From Patescibacteria group bacterium (GTDB taxonomy: Bacteria; Patescibacteriota; JABMPQ01), in the NCBI GenBank assembly GCA_041749335.1, contig JBGTBM010000008.1, positions 18,462-82,461 on the forward strand: DNA of 64,000 nt. Direction: 5' to 3'. The notes below the pieces were generated by a model. The model saw only the letters and a program-made list of their open reading frames with translations, was not told where the DNA came from and ran no database searches. The translations under genes and the position numbers were made by a program. Positions 21,470 through 31,815 of the stretch are shown in pieces. Position 1 is the first letter of the stretch, and each line of letters begins with the position of its first letter.

Positions 21470-22240
21470 TTACCAGCTGCCTGATGCACCTCCGCCGCCC
21501 GACCGACCGCCGCCGAATCCGCCAAAGGAACCTCCGCCGCTGGAAGAACTCCCTCCGCTGCTAAAACCGCCAAAACCGCCGGAATTGCTTCTCGGAGGCC
21601 AGCTTTTTGAACGAGGCTTAATATTGCTGTTCCCGCTACCTCCCTTTTTAGAAGAGCGGGAAATTATTATGATAAAGACAATGACGACAGCCAGGATAAC
21701 AAAAAATACAATTACCCCACTGTTGCTGTCTGATGGTTCTTCCTCCCCCGTATATTCTCTGCCGATAGCGGCGATCAAGGCATCAACGCCCTTTTCAATC
21801 CCTCGGCTATAATCACCTTGAGAAAAACCGGGAGTAATTTCATTTCTAATTATTGATCCAGCCACGCTGTCCGGCACCGCCCCCTCTAATCCATAACCAA
21901 CCTCAATTCTCACTTTTTTTTCATTTAAAGCCACCAGCAAAAGAATCCCGTTATCTTTATCCTGCTTGCCAATTCCCCATTTTGTGAATAGAGTAACCGC
22001 ATATTCTTCAATGGACGAATCGCCAATCGATTGAATCGTGGCTACGGAAATTTCATTGCCGGTTTGTTTCTCATAATTTTCCAATTTTAATTCCAATTCG
22101 CCTTCATTGTCTATAATTTCCGCAAAATCGCTTACATAGCCCCGCGGCCTTTCAGGATATATGGCTTCCTGCGCAGATACAAAAGAAAAACAAGCTGTGA
22201 ATATTAAAACCGCAAATGATATTTTAATAATTTTTTTCAA
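21470..22240 (-). CDS. TPM domain-containing membrane protein
   Basis: WGIG..DKDNGILLLVA, RIEVGYGLEG; Gly-rich tail GGGRSGGGGASGSW; adjacent to lemA. Confidence 0.92.
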   Translation of the reverse strand: MKKIIKISFAVLIFTACFSFVSAQEAIYPERPRGYVSDFAEIIDNEGELELKLENYEKQTGNEISVATIQSIGDSSIEEYAVTLFTKWGIGKQDKDNGILLLVALNEKKVRIEVGYGLEGAVPDSVAGSIIRNEITPGFSQGDYSRGIEKGVDALIAAIGREYTGEEEPSDSNSGVIVFFVILAVVIVFIIIISRSSKKGGSGNSNIKPRSKSWPPRSNSGGFGGFSSGGSSSSGGGSFGGFGGGRSGGGGASGSW

Positions 22241-22251
22241 CGTTAAATAAC

Positions 22252-22839
22252 TTAATTAAATTGCACCTGGGGAACATCTTTAACCGAATCTTCCACCTCA
22301 AAATACTTAAATTCATCAAAGCCGAATATTGAAGCCAGCAAGCTGCGGGGAAATGTTTTGACATGCTTATTAAATACCGTAACATCATCATTGTATCTTT
22401 TTCGCTCCACCGCTATTCTATTCTCTGTGCCCTCTAATTGATCTTGCAGCTTCAAAAAGCTTTGGTCGGATTTTAACTCCGGATAACTTTCCACTACAAC
22501 CATTAGTCGGGAAAGCCCGGATTCTAAACTATTGGCAGCGGTAATTTGTTCATCAATATTGCCTGATTCTCGAGCATCGTTCCAGGAAGATCTTAAACGA
22601 GCCACTTCGGTAAATATGGTTTCTTCTTGAGATGCATAGCCCTTAACGGTTTCCACTAAATTGGGAATCAAATCCGCACGGCGCTGTAATTGATTTTCTA
22701 CCTGCGCCCATTTATTTTTTACGTCTTCTTGCTTCTGCACCATATTGTTATAGGTGCCGATCAAATATCCACCAATGCCAATAATCAATACTACTATCAG
22801 GCCAATGACAATGATGACTATAGCCAAGCCCTTTTTCAT
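22252..22839 (-). CDS. lemA: LemA family protein
   Basis: QRRADLIPNLVETVKGYA, YPELKS, LEGTENRIAVERKRYN. Confidence 0.95.
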   Translation of the reverse strand: MKKGLAIVIIVIGLIVVLIIGIGGYLIGTYNNMVQKQEDVKNKWAQVENQLQRRADLIPNLVETVKGYASQEETIFTEVARLRSSWNDARESGNIDEQITAANSLESGLSRLMVVVESYPELKSDQSFLKLQDQLEGTENRIAVERKRYNDDVTVFNKHVKTFPRSLLASIFGFDEFKYFEVEDSVKDVPQVQFN

Positions 22840-22893
22840 TTTTTTAAATTATTTATTTTAAATTATTGTAGTTATTATATATAAAATATCGTT

Positions 22894-23664
22894 TTATTTC
22901 AAATGATCTACCTTGCGCATGAAATGCAAAGATTTAATATCTTTTTCAATAATAAATTTAATATAATTATTTAATATTTCGCTAATATAATTAATATCCG
23001 CCATATTTACCTCCAACCTCAAGATTAAATTAAAATCATTGCCGCCTAGTACCCGTAATAATTTAAACTGCCCAAAATTTAATTTCAGAGCGGATTTGTC
23101 AAAAGCTTTGCATTTATCGCACACTACGCCGCTAAAAGCATTGCTGAAATAATATTCGGCCGCCACTTTTATCTCGCTATTACAATTTAAGCAGCGATCC
23201 AGCCTGGGAGCAAAGCCTAATAATTTTAACAATTTAAATTTACTGGCCTGGATTAGCAGATTTTCGGATAAATCATTTTCACTGCTTGGCTTGTTTAATA
23301 ATTGAAAAGTCTGGACGCATAAATCAAAAACCCTGGTATCTTTATATTCATCGGGAGTTAATTTATCCAAAATTTCAATTAAATAATAGCCTTTACAGGT
23401 TTTAGACAAACTCCCGCAGATATTAGTAAAGTTATTAAGAGTTTTAACAGATGTTACTGTTGCTAAATTTTTTCCTTCCGCCAACATTAAATCAACTACA
23501 TTAAATATTTCCAAATGCCCTCCCATTTTGGAGCTCGTTCGCCTTACTCCTTTGGCGATCGCTCTAATTTTCCCCATATTCGCGGTAAAAATGGTTAAAA
23601 TCCGGTCGGCTTCCGCATAATCCATTTTTTTTATAATTATCCCCTTGGCGCGATATAAGGCCAT
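22894..23664 (-). CDS. recO: DNA repair protein RecO
   Basis: EADRILTIFT..GKIRAIAKGVR; C-terminal CxxC...CxxC zinc finger. Confidence 0.93.
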   Translation of the reverse strand: MALYRAKGIIIKKMDYAEADRILTIFTANMGKIRAIAKGVRRTSSKMGGHLEIFNVVDLMLAEGKNLATVTSVKTLNNFTNICGSLSKTCKGYYLIEILDKLTPDEYKDTRVFDLCVQTFQLLNKPSSENDLSENLLIQASKFKLLKLLGFAPRLDRCLNCNSEIKVAAEYYFSNAFSGVVCDKCKAFDKSALKLNFGQFKLLRVLGGNDFNLILRLEVNMADINYISEILNNYIKFIIEKDIKSLHFMRKVDHLK

Positions 23665-23771
23665 AAAATTAATTTATAATTAATAAATAATTTTAGCATA
23701 AAAATTAGACTATCAATAGAGACAGTCTAAATAAAAAACTCCCCCGAACGCGAGAGAGTTTTTATTTTTGT

Positions 23772-24296
23772 TTATTCTTTATCTTTATCTTCTTTTATCG
23801 CTTTTACCACATTGGAATCATCAGTCAGCTTCTCATAAAATAGAATATGCTCCTGGTTTAGCACCATTTTGTCTTCTGGCCCATGAAGTTCCTTGCCTAA
23901 TTTTACTAAAGACAATTCCGGTTGCTGTTCTTGTGATTGATCTTGTAATTCAGGTTGTTCACCTTCTGCCGGTTGCACTTGGGCTTGTTGCTGCTCTTGC
24001 TGTTGCTGTTGCTGATTTAACTGTAGATAGTAGATATCATTCAATTCAGGAAAATCCTTGGATACATTGGATAAGTGTCCGAAATATACCTGGCCATTAG
24101 ATAAAAACACCGCATAATACGCATTCTCATCAATGCCATTTTCGCTGGAAGAGAACTTGTCTTTTATGGTTGGGAATACCATCACGCCCAATAGTATCAC
24201 TACTACAATCACTAAGATAGTTACAACAAGCAACATAATGCTTTTACTGTTGCCCTTAATTGGCGCCGCAGATTTTGGTTTCATGTTTTGCATCAT
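23772..24296 (-). CDS. Conserved hypothetical membrane-anchored protein with Gln-rich insert
   Basis: TM, then YYAVFLSNGQVYFG...LVKLGKELHGPEDKM.LN...ILFYE; poly-Q stretch between the two conserved blocks. Confidence 0.7.
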   Translation of the reverse strand: MMQNMKPKSAAPIKGNSKSIMLLVVTILVIVVVILLGVMVFPTIKDKFSSSENGIDENAYYAVFLSNGQVYFGHLSNVSKDFPELNDIYYLQLNQQQQQQEQQQAQVQPAEGEQPELQDQSQEQQPELSLVKLGKELHGPEDKMVLNQEHILFYEKLTDDSNVVKAIKEDKDKE

Positions 24297-24370
24297 TTTT
24301 TATTTATTATTTTTTTACTGAATAATTATACCAGATTTTTATAATTCGTAAAAATCGCCTGTTGATAACT

Positions 24371-27300
24371 TCAGCTCTTTTTTAAACCGATAATAATCCG
24401 GCTACTATTAATACTGATCTTTTTTTCAATATCGTTATCGGCTGATTTTATATTGTTTAGCGATTCCGCCAAAGTTTCTTTACCGATATAATCGCCGAAA
24501 TTTAAAATAGCTGCCTCAATATCATCATTGGAATCCAATAATTCATAATTTATTACAATTCTGTCATCTACCTGAAAATTGGCCTCTTTGCGTAAATCCT
24601 GAATATATCGCACCAGATCCCGAGCCAAACCCTCTTGTTTCAATTTGGCGGTTATATTCGTATCCAAAACAACAATAAAATATTTATCTGATTCTACGCT
24701 GTAATTGCCTTTGGCTTTATATTCAATTTCAAATTCATCCACGCCCAACTCAAATTTTCCTAAATTTAAAATTCCTTCTTTTAATTTAAATTTTTCCGCG
24801 CGCAGCAATTTCTGCATACTTTTAACTTCTTCTCGATATTTTTCGCCCAAAATCTTAAAATTTAATTTTATTTCGCTGTCGGCATATTCTTCGGCTTGAC
24901 CTTTTTTCGCGATTAATTCCACCGCTTTTACATTTACCTCCGCCAAAAGAATATTTTTCAAATTTTTATCAAGCTCTGTGATACCAAACACAAAAAGTTT
25001 ATTTAAAGGTTGCCTTACTTTAATTTGCGCTTTATCTCGCGCAGCATGAGCCAGACTTGAAATCTTTAGCACTGACCGCATTTGGTCGTTAAGCTTATGA
25101 TCAATCAAGGCGTTTTCATATTTGGGATAATCACATAAATGAATGGATTCCAGATCATTTTTAGATAATCGCCCTAAATTTTGATACATTTCTTCCGTCA
25201 AAAATGGCATAATCGGAGCCAGCATGCGGATAAATATTATTAAAACTTCATAAAGAGTATGATATGCTTGCAATTTATCTTCGTCATTTTTTGATTTCCA
25301 AAAACGCCGCCTTGATCTCCTGACATACCAATTGGCCAAGCTTTCTAGAAATTCTTCCACATAATTCATTGCGGTAAAAACATCATATGATCCAATTATT
25401 TCGGTAAAATTTTTGATAGTTTCATGCAGCAGTGAAATAATATATCGATCTAACTTATTGTTAAGCTTAGAAAAATCTATTTTGCTTTTAGTGGGATCAA
25501 ATTTATCGATATTGGCATACGTGATAAAAAATGAATAAACGTTCCATAATAAAATTATTCTACGGCGATAAGCATCGGCCGGGCCATAACCAAAATTTAG
25601 ATTTTTATAAGGATGAGCGCTGGCATACATATAGCGCATCACATCCACTCCCATTTTTTCCGCTGCGTCGTCAAACCAGATGGCATTTCCCTTTGATTTA
25701 TGCATCTCCTCACCTTTTTCGTCCCTAACCAATGAATGTCCCAAAACAGCCTTGAATGGATTAGTATTTTCCAGCACAGTGCTCATGGCAATTAAAGAAT
25801 AAAACCAATTTTTAAATTGTCCCGGAAAGCACTCTAAAATCAAATCCGCCGGAAACCATTTCTGCCAATATTTCTTGCCGGTTTTTTCTTTACCGTCAAC
25901 ATCAACAATTTTATCTCTGAAATATCCCATGGTGGAATATGGCACAATGCCGGCATCCAGCCAGGGATTGCCAACGTCCGGTATTCTGGAAACGGCCGTA
26001 CCGCAATTTGCGCATTTAATTTTTACCTGGTCGATCCATGGCTTATGAGGGGTATGGCCGTCAAAATCATCCCAGCCTGCTACCGCCCGCTTTTTTAATT
26101 CTTCGCGCGATCCCATCACTTCAAAATGTCCGCACTTTTTACATTCATAAATCGGCAATGCCAAGCCCCAATATCTTTTTTTGGATATTAGCCAATCATG
26201 CATATTTTTCAGCCAATCCAGCTCTTGGTCTTTGCCGAAACTGGGCATCCAATTAATTTTTTTGGTAACTTCCATCATCGGCTGCCTTAATTCATCCATC
26301 GAAATATACCACTCATCCACCACTCGCCAGACCAATTCTTCTTTACAGCGCCAGCAAGTGGGATATCTATGTTTATAATCTTCCAATTTGTATAAAAACC
26401 GACCACCGGCATTTTCTTTCAAATAATTAAAGATTAGCTTGGGATTTTCTTTGGCATTTTTACCAGATAATTCTCCCATGCGCTTTAAATATTTGGCTTC
26501 TTCGTCAATCACGGCAATCACAGAAAGCCGTTGTTCCTTGCTTAAATCAAAATCTTCTTTACCGCAACCCGGCGCAATGTGCACCATGCCCGTACCTTCC
26601 GCTTCGGTTACTAAATCTTCCGCCATAATAACGGTATGGAAAGTATCCGGATTTTCTTGTCGGGCCGCTATAACTAAATCCAAATCATCAAAAGCAGCTT
26701 GGTATTTTAAGCCGGATAACTCCTTGCCCTTTAATTCTTTTATCAGCTTAAAGTTTTGATAATCCTTTTTAAATATTTTTTCCGCCAGCTTTTTTAAAAC
26801 AATAAATTTTTCCTGGGTCTTATTATTCTGATAAATACCATAATCAAATTCCGGGCTCATGGCCACCGCGACATTGGCCGGGATGGTCCAGGGAGTAGTC
26901 GTCCAGACCAACAAATAAGTATTATCAAATCCCGCGGATATAATCGGTAGCTTGAAATAAACCGCAGTATGGACTATCTCTTTGTATTCTTCCGTTAGAA
27001 TTTCATGTTGAGAAATCGCCGTTCCGCAACGAGCGCACCAAGGAACCGAATCCCTTCCCTTATATAAATATTTTTTCTGATGGCATTGTTTTAAAAAATG
27101 CCATATCGCATAATTATTCTCCTCGGACATGGTGTAATACGAATTGTCCCAATCCATAAATTGGCCCAACCTGATTGATTGTTTGGTTTGAATAGCAGAA
27201 AATTTCTTAACTCTTTCCTTGCATTTTTCCACAAACTTATCTACTCCGTATTCTTCAATGTCTTTTTTATTTTTGAATCCCAATTCCTTTTCCACTTCCA

Positions 27301-27592
27301 CTTCCACCCAAAGCCCCTGGCAGTCAAATCCATTTTGAAATCTCTCCTGATATCCCTGCATATTTTTAAACCTCTGAAAAACATCCTTGAGCGTTCTTCC
27401 CCAAGCATGATGCACTCCCATTGGATTATTCGCGGTAATCGGACCATCAAGAAAAGACCAGCTCCGCTTGGAATTTTTATTTTTACACTGGAATTTTTTA
27501 AATATTTTATTTTTTGACCAAAAACGCAAAATTTTATGCTCCATCTTAATAAAATCCTGCCTGGGATCAACTGCTTTAAACATTTTTTTCAT
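24371..27592 (-). CDS. ileS: Isoleucine--tRNA ligase, type 2
   Basis: DGPITANNPMGVHH, WTTTPWT, EGTGMVHIAPG, EMHKS; IleRS2-type C-terminus (EGLARDLVRYIQDLRK). Confidence 0.96.
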   Translation of the reverse strand: MKKMFKAVDPRQDFIKMEHKILRFWSKNKIFKKFQCKNKNSKRSWSFLDGPITANNPMGVHHAWGRTLKDVFQRFKNMQGYQERFQNGFDCQGLWVEVEVEKELGFKNKKDIEEYGVDKFVEKCKERVKKFSAIQTKQSIRLGQFMDWDNSYYTMSEENNYAIWHFLKQCHQKKYLYKGRDSVPWCARCGTAISQHEILTEEYKEIVHTAVYFKLPIISAGFDNTYLLVWTTTPWTIPANVAVAMSPEFDYGIYQNNKTQEKFIVLKKLAEKIFKKDYQNFKLIKELKGKELSGLKYQAAFDDLDLVIAARQENPDTFHTVIMAEDLVTEAEGTGMVHIAPGCGKEDFDLSKEQRLSVIAVIDEEAKYLKRMGELSGKNAKENPKLIFNYLKENAGGRFLYKLEDYKHRYPTCWRCKEELVWRVVDEWYISMDELRQPMMEVTKKINWMPSFGKDQELDWLKNMHDWLISKKRYWGLALPIYECKKCGHFEVMGSREELKKRAVAGWDDFDGHTPHKPWIDQVKIKCANCGTAVSRIPDVGNPWLDAGIVPYSTMGYFRDKIVDVDGKEKTGKKYWQKWFPADLILECFPGQFKNWFYSLIAMSTVLENTNPFKAVLGHSLVRDEKGEEMHKSKGNAIWFDDAAEKMGVDVMRYMYASAHPYKNLNFGYGPADAYRRRIILLWNVYSFFITYANIDKFDPTKSKIDFSKLNNKLDRYIISLLHETIKNFTEIIGSYDVFTAMNYVEEFLESLANWYVRRSRRRFWKSKNDEDKLQAYHTLYEVLIIFIRMLAPIMPFLTEEMYQNLGRLSKNDLESIHLCDYPKYENALIDHKLNDQMRSVLKISSLAHAARDKAQIKVRQPLNKLFVFGITELDKNLKNILLAEVNVKAVELIAKKGQAEEYADSEIKLNFKILGEKYREEVKSMQKLLRAEKFKLKEGILNLGKFELGVDEFEIEYKAKGNYSVESDKYFIVVLDTNITAKLKQEGLARDLVRYIQDLRKEANFQVDDRIVINYELLDSNDDIEAAILNFGDYIGKETLAESLNNIKSADNDIEKKISINSSRIIIGLKKS

Positions 27593-27788
27593 TTGCTTTA
27601 TAAATATTTAGCATAATTTTAACATACTTTATATGTTTAACAAGTATGAATAACACATTGCTCATTATTTTATTGTTCATTTAAAAAATATAAAAAACCA
27701 TGTTTTATGCATGGTTTTGTTTCTATTAATCATAATGCCTGCGATCTTAAAAACATTGGAGTAATGCAACTTGGCAATAAATTCCTGC

Positions 27789-28025
27789 TCACATCGCATC
27801 CTTAATTTTTTTTATTTTGACTAAATAATTGGGATAAATAATTAGCGATTGGCTGCAATTGGTGCATTCACATTCAAACGGCACCGAATTCTTGCCCACA
27901 ATAATCCATGCTCGGCATTTATTATTTGGACAAGTAATTACTCGAATGCCTAAAAATGTATAAACACAAGAAAAGATAAAAAAAATTGCCAATAATCCCA
28001 ATGCTGCATAACTGACAATGTTCAT
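27789..28025 (-). CDS. Small single-TM protein with a Cys zinc ribbon
   Basis: SD GAGGAGG; N-terminal TM; CPNNKC...CTNC. Confidence 0.65.
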   Translation of the reverse strand: MNIVSYAALGLLAIFFIFSCVYTFLGIRVITCPNNKCRAWIIVGKNSVPFECECTNCSQSLIIYPNYLVKIKKIKDAM

Positions 28026-28057
28026 TCGCCCCTCCTCTGATTTAAAAGTACAAATAA

Positions 28058-29203
28058 TTATTCAAATATTTCTCGATATACTTGCAAAGTTTCTTTGGCG
28101 CATTTTTTCCAACTGAATTTTTTAGCTTGCTGATAACCCTTATTAATCAATTCTTCTCTAAGCGCATCATTATTTAAAACTTTTTTTATTGCTTTGGCAA
28201 TATCTTTTACATCATAAGGATCTGCTAATATGCCTGCATCCCCTAAAACTTCCGGCATTGAGGTAACTTTAGAAGTTATTACCGGAGTGCCCTGTTGCAT
28301 CGCTTCCAATATTGACAAACCGAAGCCTTCATAAAAACTTGGAAAAACAAACAAAGAGGCGGCATTTAGTAGGCTCCACTTATCTTTTTTGGTAACATAA
28401 TCGGTAAAAATCACTTTTTTGGTAAGAGCAAGTTCTCTCACTAAATTATAAACCGGCTCATATTTCCAGCCTTTTCCACCCGCAATTACCAGCTGATAAT
28501 TTTCAAATATTTTTGTGGATCTTAAGCTGTCAAAAGCGCTAATTAATCCTTCAATATTTTTACGTGGTTGTACCGTTCCCACGAATAAAATAAAATCTTG
28601 TTTAATCTCATATTTGTCTTTGACTATTTTGCGGTCTTCCGTCTTAACATCATCAATATCTTTTTTCGGCTCTACTCCATTATATATAACCGCCACCTTA
28701 TCTTCCTGGACTTTAAAATATTTTATTAAATCTTTTTTGGTATATTCAGAAACCGCGATAATTTTTTTGGCTTTTTTGATTGTTTGCGGAACCGCTACGC
28801 GCGTAGAAAATTTTTGTCCCTTGGGAAACCAATCCGGATTATGGTATATGGCTAGATCATGAATGGTAACTACCGCTTTTTTTGAATATGCCAAGGGGAT
28901 TGTGCTGGCCGGCGAATGAAAAATATCGATATTTTCTCGATCAACATAAGCCGCGATCAAGAGATGAGAATAGGCTCCCGGTAAATATTTTTTATAATCC
29001 ACGAATGGGAAAAACTTTATGGTAACATTTTTTTGCTTAAAATGTCCCGCATCCCCAATCTTAGGATCAAAAAACAAAACATACTGATTTTTAGCATCCA
29101 GTTTCAGTAAATTTTCCACTAAAAAATAAGTGTAGTGTCCTACCCCGGCTTGTTCTCCCCTTTTGGGATCTAAAATTGTCCGACAATCAATTCCTATGCG
29201 CAT
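28058..29203 (-). CDS. Glycosyltransferase family 4
   Basis: TIHDL, AVSEYTK, FVGT..PRKN, FPSFYEGFGL..LEAM. Confidence 0.92.
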   Translation of the reverse strand: MRIGIDCRTILDPKRGEQAGVGHYTYFLVENLLKLDAKNQYVLFFDPKIGDAGHFKQKNVTIKFFPFVDYKKYLPGAYSHLLIAAYVDRENIDIFHSPASTIPLAYSKKAVVTIHDLAIYHNPDWFPKGQKFSTRVAVPQTIKKAKKIIAVSEYTKKDLIKYFKVQEDKVAVIYNGVEPKKDIDDVKTEDRKIVKDKYEIKQDFILFVGTVQPRKNIEGLISAFDSLRSTKIFENYQLVIAGGKGWKYEPVYNLVRELALTKKVIFTDYVTKKDKWSLLNAASLFVFPSFYEGFGLSILEAMQQGTPVITSKVTSMPEVLGDAGILADPYDVKDIAKAIKKVLNNDALREELINKGYQQAKKFSWKKCAKETLQVYREIFE

Positions 29204-29890
29204 TTATTTATAATAATCATACCGCTGATAAAAATCATCTTTTGCACCGACAAATTGCATAGCATAGCCATGGCGGGCGGTGTTTAATATTTTAATCAAT
29301 TTATTAAATTTATCGTTATCAATTTTATATTCGCTGCTTGTTTTTTTAGATTTTCCCTCAGGATTAAATTGAAATATTCGCCACTTGCTAATCCAGGCAG
29401 GAATAATATTTATCATTCCCGGAATATTTTTTAAATTCTTTCTGGTTGCTACTGTTGAAATTATAATCTTAATGTCTTTATTTTTCAACTGCCGCAAGAG
29501 TGAAATAATTTTATTAAAATGCCCATTGGTTCTCATTGCATCGTTGGTTTTAACATCATTCCCATCCAAGGGTAAGTTTATCTGATCTAAGACATCAGCC
29601 GCCTGCCGAATAAAATTAGTAGTAACTAAAACGCCATTTGTGTGTAAAATAGTATATAGGCCTTTTTGCTTGGCATATTTGATAAGCTCAATAATATCAG
29701 ATCGCAGTAAAGGCTCCCCGCCGGTAAAAACCAACGACCTGTATCCCTCCGCAGACAGCTTATTAATATTTCGTCGGGCCGCAGCGGTAGTTAAACATTT
29801 GGATTCGCTGATTGCCGGCCCAAAACAAAATTTACATTTTAAATTACACTGATACTCAACATTCCAAACTGCTATTGAATTTTTAGCCAT
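29204..29890 (-). CDS. Radical SAM protein (short, viperin-like motifs)
   Basis: CNLKCKFC, FTGGEPLL, HTNG, KWRIFQF. Confidence 0.85.
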   Translation of the reverse strand: MAKNSIAVWNVEYQCNLKCKFCFGPAISESKCLTTAAARRNINKLSAEGYRSLVFTGGEPLLRSDIIELIKYAKQKGLYTILHTNGVLVTTNFIRQAADVLDQINLPLDGNDVKTNDAMRTNGHFNKIISLLRQLKNKDIKIIISTVATRKNLKNIPGMINIIPAWISKWRIFQFNPEGKSKKTSSEYKIDNDKFNKLIKILNTARHGYAMQFVGAKDDFYQRYDYYK

Positions 29891-29914
29891 TAAATTAAGT
29901 AATTTCCGTAAAAA

Positions 29915-31528
29915 CTACATCTTTTCCGGCGCATTAACTCCGATTATTTCTAAAATATTTTGCAGGACAATTTTCGTTGCGCCCGCCAAGGCAATTCTGT
30001 TTTGATTTAATTTTTTATCGGCGCTAATTACGCGGCATTTATTATAAAAAACGTGAAACATTTTTGCTAAATCAACCGCATAATAAGGCAGGCGATGCAC
30101 TTCATATCTTAAGGCAATATCTTCAATCATCTCCGGAAACTTTATTAATTCTCTAATTAGATTAAGCTCATTTTTATCAGTAAACGCATAATCGCCCGAA
30201 TGAATTTTGTTAATTTTAACATCAGCCTTTTTTAAAATATTAGCAATCCTGGCATGTGCGTATTGCACATAATAAACCGGATTTTGCTCTGATTTTTCTT
30301 TAGCCAAATCCATATCAAAAATTAAATGCGAATCCCAATCTCGCATGATGAAAAACCAACGTACCACGTCCAAACCGACTTCATCAATTAAATCGCTCAT
30401 TATTTCATAGTTGCCTCGCCGCTTGCTCATTTTTAACTCTTTGCCATCTTTATATAATTTAACCAATTGCGTTAATATTACTTCCAACTCACCTAAACCA
30501 ATGCTTTTAACACCAATTTTCAGTCTAGAAACATAACCATGATGATCGGCGCCCATAATATCAATCAGTTTTTCATAGCCCCGATTAAATTTATTCTTAT
30601 GATATGCGATATCAGGCAGGACATACGTAGGTTCACCGCCCTTGGCGGCAGATTTTCTAATTACCCGATCCTTAGAGTCTCCAAATTTTGATGTTTTGAG
30701 CCAAACAGCGCCATCTTTGTTATAAATTAGTTTTTTCTTGGATAAAAATTCAAAAGTTTTATCAATTTCACCCAAACGATGCAGCTCATATTCGCTGAAC
30801 CAATGATCAAAAATTATTCCCATTTTTTTTACTGCCGGCTTAATTTCATCTTCTAAAATAATCCGGGCAAAATTTCTGCCGGTAGCATAATAATCCTTGC
30901 TAATTTTTTGAGGGTATTTTTCCGCTAATATTTTTATATAATCGCCTTGATAAAATTCTTCTGAATCGGGAATAAGCTTAGCAGCGGCCTGGATGGATTT
31001 ACCCAGCAATTTGACTTGAAGTCCGGCATTATTAACATAGTATTCTCGGGAAACTTTATAGCCGGCTTTTTTCATAACATTTGCCAGCACATCGCCGCCG
31101 AAACCTCCTCTGCCGTTAGCAATGGTGAGCGGTCCGGTGGGATTGGCAGAAATAAACTCCAATAAAACTTTCTTTTTTTCGCCGATATTTAGTTCGCCGT
31201 ATTTATTGGCTTGCTGCAATATTTCATTTAGGCTTTTCGCCAAATATTTTGGGCTTAAAGAAAAATTAATAAAACCCGGCCGCACCACTTTCACTTTTGA
31301 AAAAATATCCCGGCTCGCTGGCTGCTTATCAATATCAGCTTTAATCAACTCGGCAATTTCCATAGGATTTTTATTTGTCAAACCGGCTAATTGCATCGCC
31401 ACATTAGTCGAAAAATCTCCGTACTGCTTATTTTCCGGATGATCGATATTTAAATCCTTAACAAATTCAATATATTTAAGGGAAATTAATGCTTGGTTCA
31501 ATATTTCTATTATTTTTTTTCTGGCCAT
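29915..31528 (-). CDS. argS: Arginine--tRNA ligase
   Basis: GDFSTNVAM, EFISANPTGPL, GADHHGY, KMSKRRG, NPVYYVQYAHAR, APEKM. Confidence 0.96.
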   Translation of the reverse strand: MARKKIIEILNQALISLKYIEFVKDLNIDHPENKQYGDFSTNVAMQLAGLTNKNPMEIAELIKADIDKQPASRDIFSKVKVVRPGFINFSLSPKYLAKSLNEILQQANKYGELNIGEKKKVLLEFISANPTGPLTIANGRGGFGGDVLANVMKKAGYKVSREYYVNNAGLQVKLLGKSIQAAAKLIPDSEEFYQGDYIKILAEKYPQKISKDYYATGRNFARIILEDEIKPAVKKMGIIFDHWFSEYELHRLGEIDKTFEFLSKKKLIYNKDGAVWLKTSKFGDSKDRVIRKSAAKGGEPTYVLPDIAYHKNKFNRGYEKLIDIMGADHHGYVSRLKIGVKSIGLGELEVILTQLVKLYKDGKELKMSKRRGNYEIMSDLIDEVGLDVVRWFFIMRDWDSHLIFDMDLAKEKSEQNPVYYVQYAHARIANILKKADVKINKIHSGDYAFTDKNELNLIRELIKFPEMIEDIALRYEVHRLPYYAVDLAKMFHVFYNKCRVISADKKLNQNRIALAGATKIVLQNILEIIGVNAPEKM

Positions 31529-31809
31529 TATTTTTTTCTTTTTAATAATAATTTATATCCTCCTTTGCCATTTTTCATCCACCAAGAAATTCTAGCGATA
31601 GTCCGCGACGATAAACCGGTTTCTTTTTCAATAACTTTATAAGAAATCCCTTTCCCCAACATAGTTACCGCCCTCCAACGGTTGCCAAACTCAATAATTT
31701 CTTTTTCCGTTAACAAATCGCGAAAAAATATTTTAGCTTCTTTAATATTTTTTATTTTTAAAATTGTTTTAAACAGTTCTTCGGTTTTTTTATTGTCCCA
31801 CTTTGGCAT
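31528..31809 (-). CDS. TrpR-like YerC/YecD family transcriptional regulator
   Basis: FFRDLLT..EI..F..RW; HTH SY..I...TGLSSRTIARIS; GKGGY. Stop overlaps the argS start. Confidence 0.88.
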   Translation of the reverse strand: MPKWDNKKTEELFKTILKIKNIKEAKIFFRDLLTEKEIIEFGNRWRAVTMLGKGISYKVIEKETGLSSRTIARISWWMKNGKGGYKLLLKRKK

Positions 31810-31815
31810 TTTTTA

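Noticed and set aside
21411-21812. Pro-rich plus-strand ORF and other short antisense ORFs in the track
   Set aside because: These are shadows of well-supported genes on the opposite strand; here, the Gly-rich tail typical of TPM proteins.
24371-24373. Genetic code 25 (TGA = Gly), as in Gracilibacteria
   Set aside because: TGA ends complete genes such as ileS and the thioredoxin, and conserved genes are intact under code 11.
29204-29890. QueE or another queuosine-pathway enzyme, given tgt in the window
   Set aside because: It lacks the QueE N-terminal QGEG motif, and no other que genes are adjacent.
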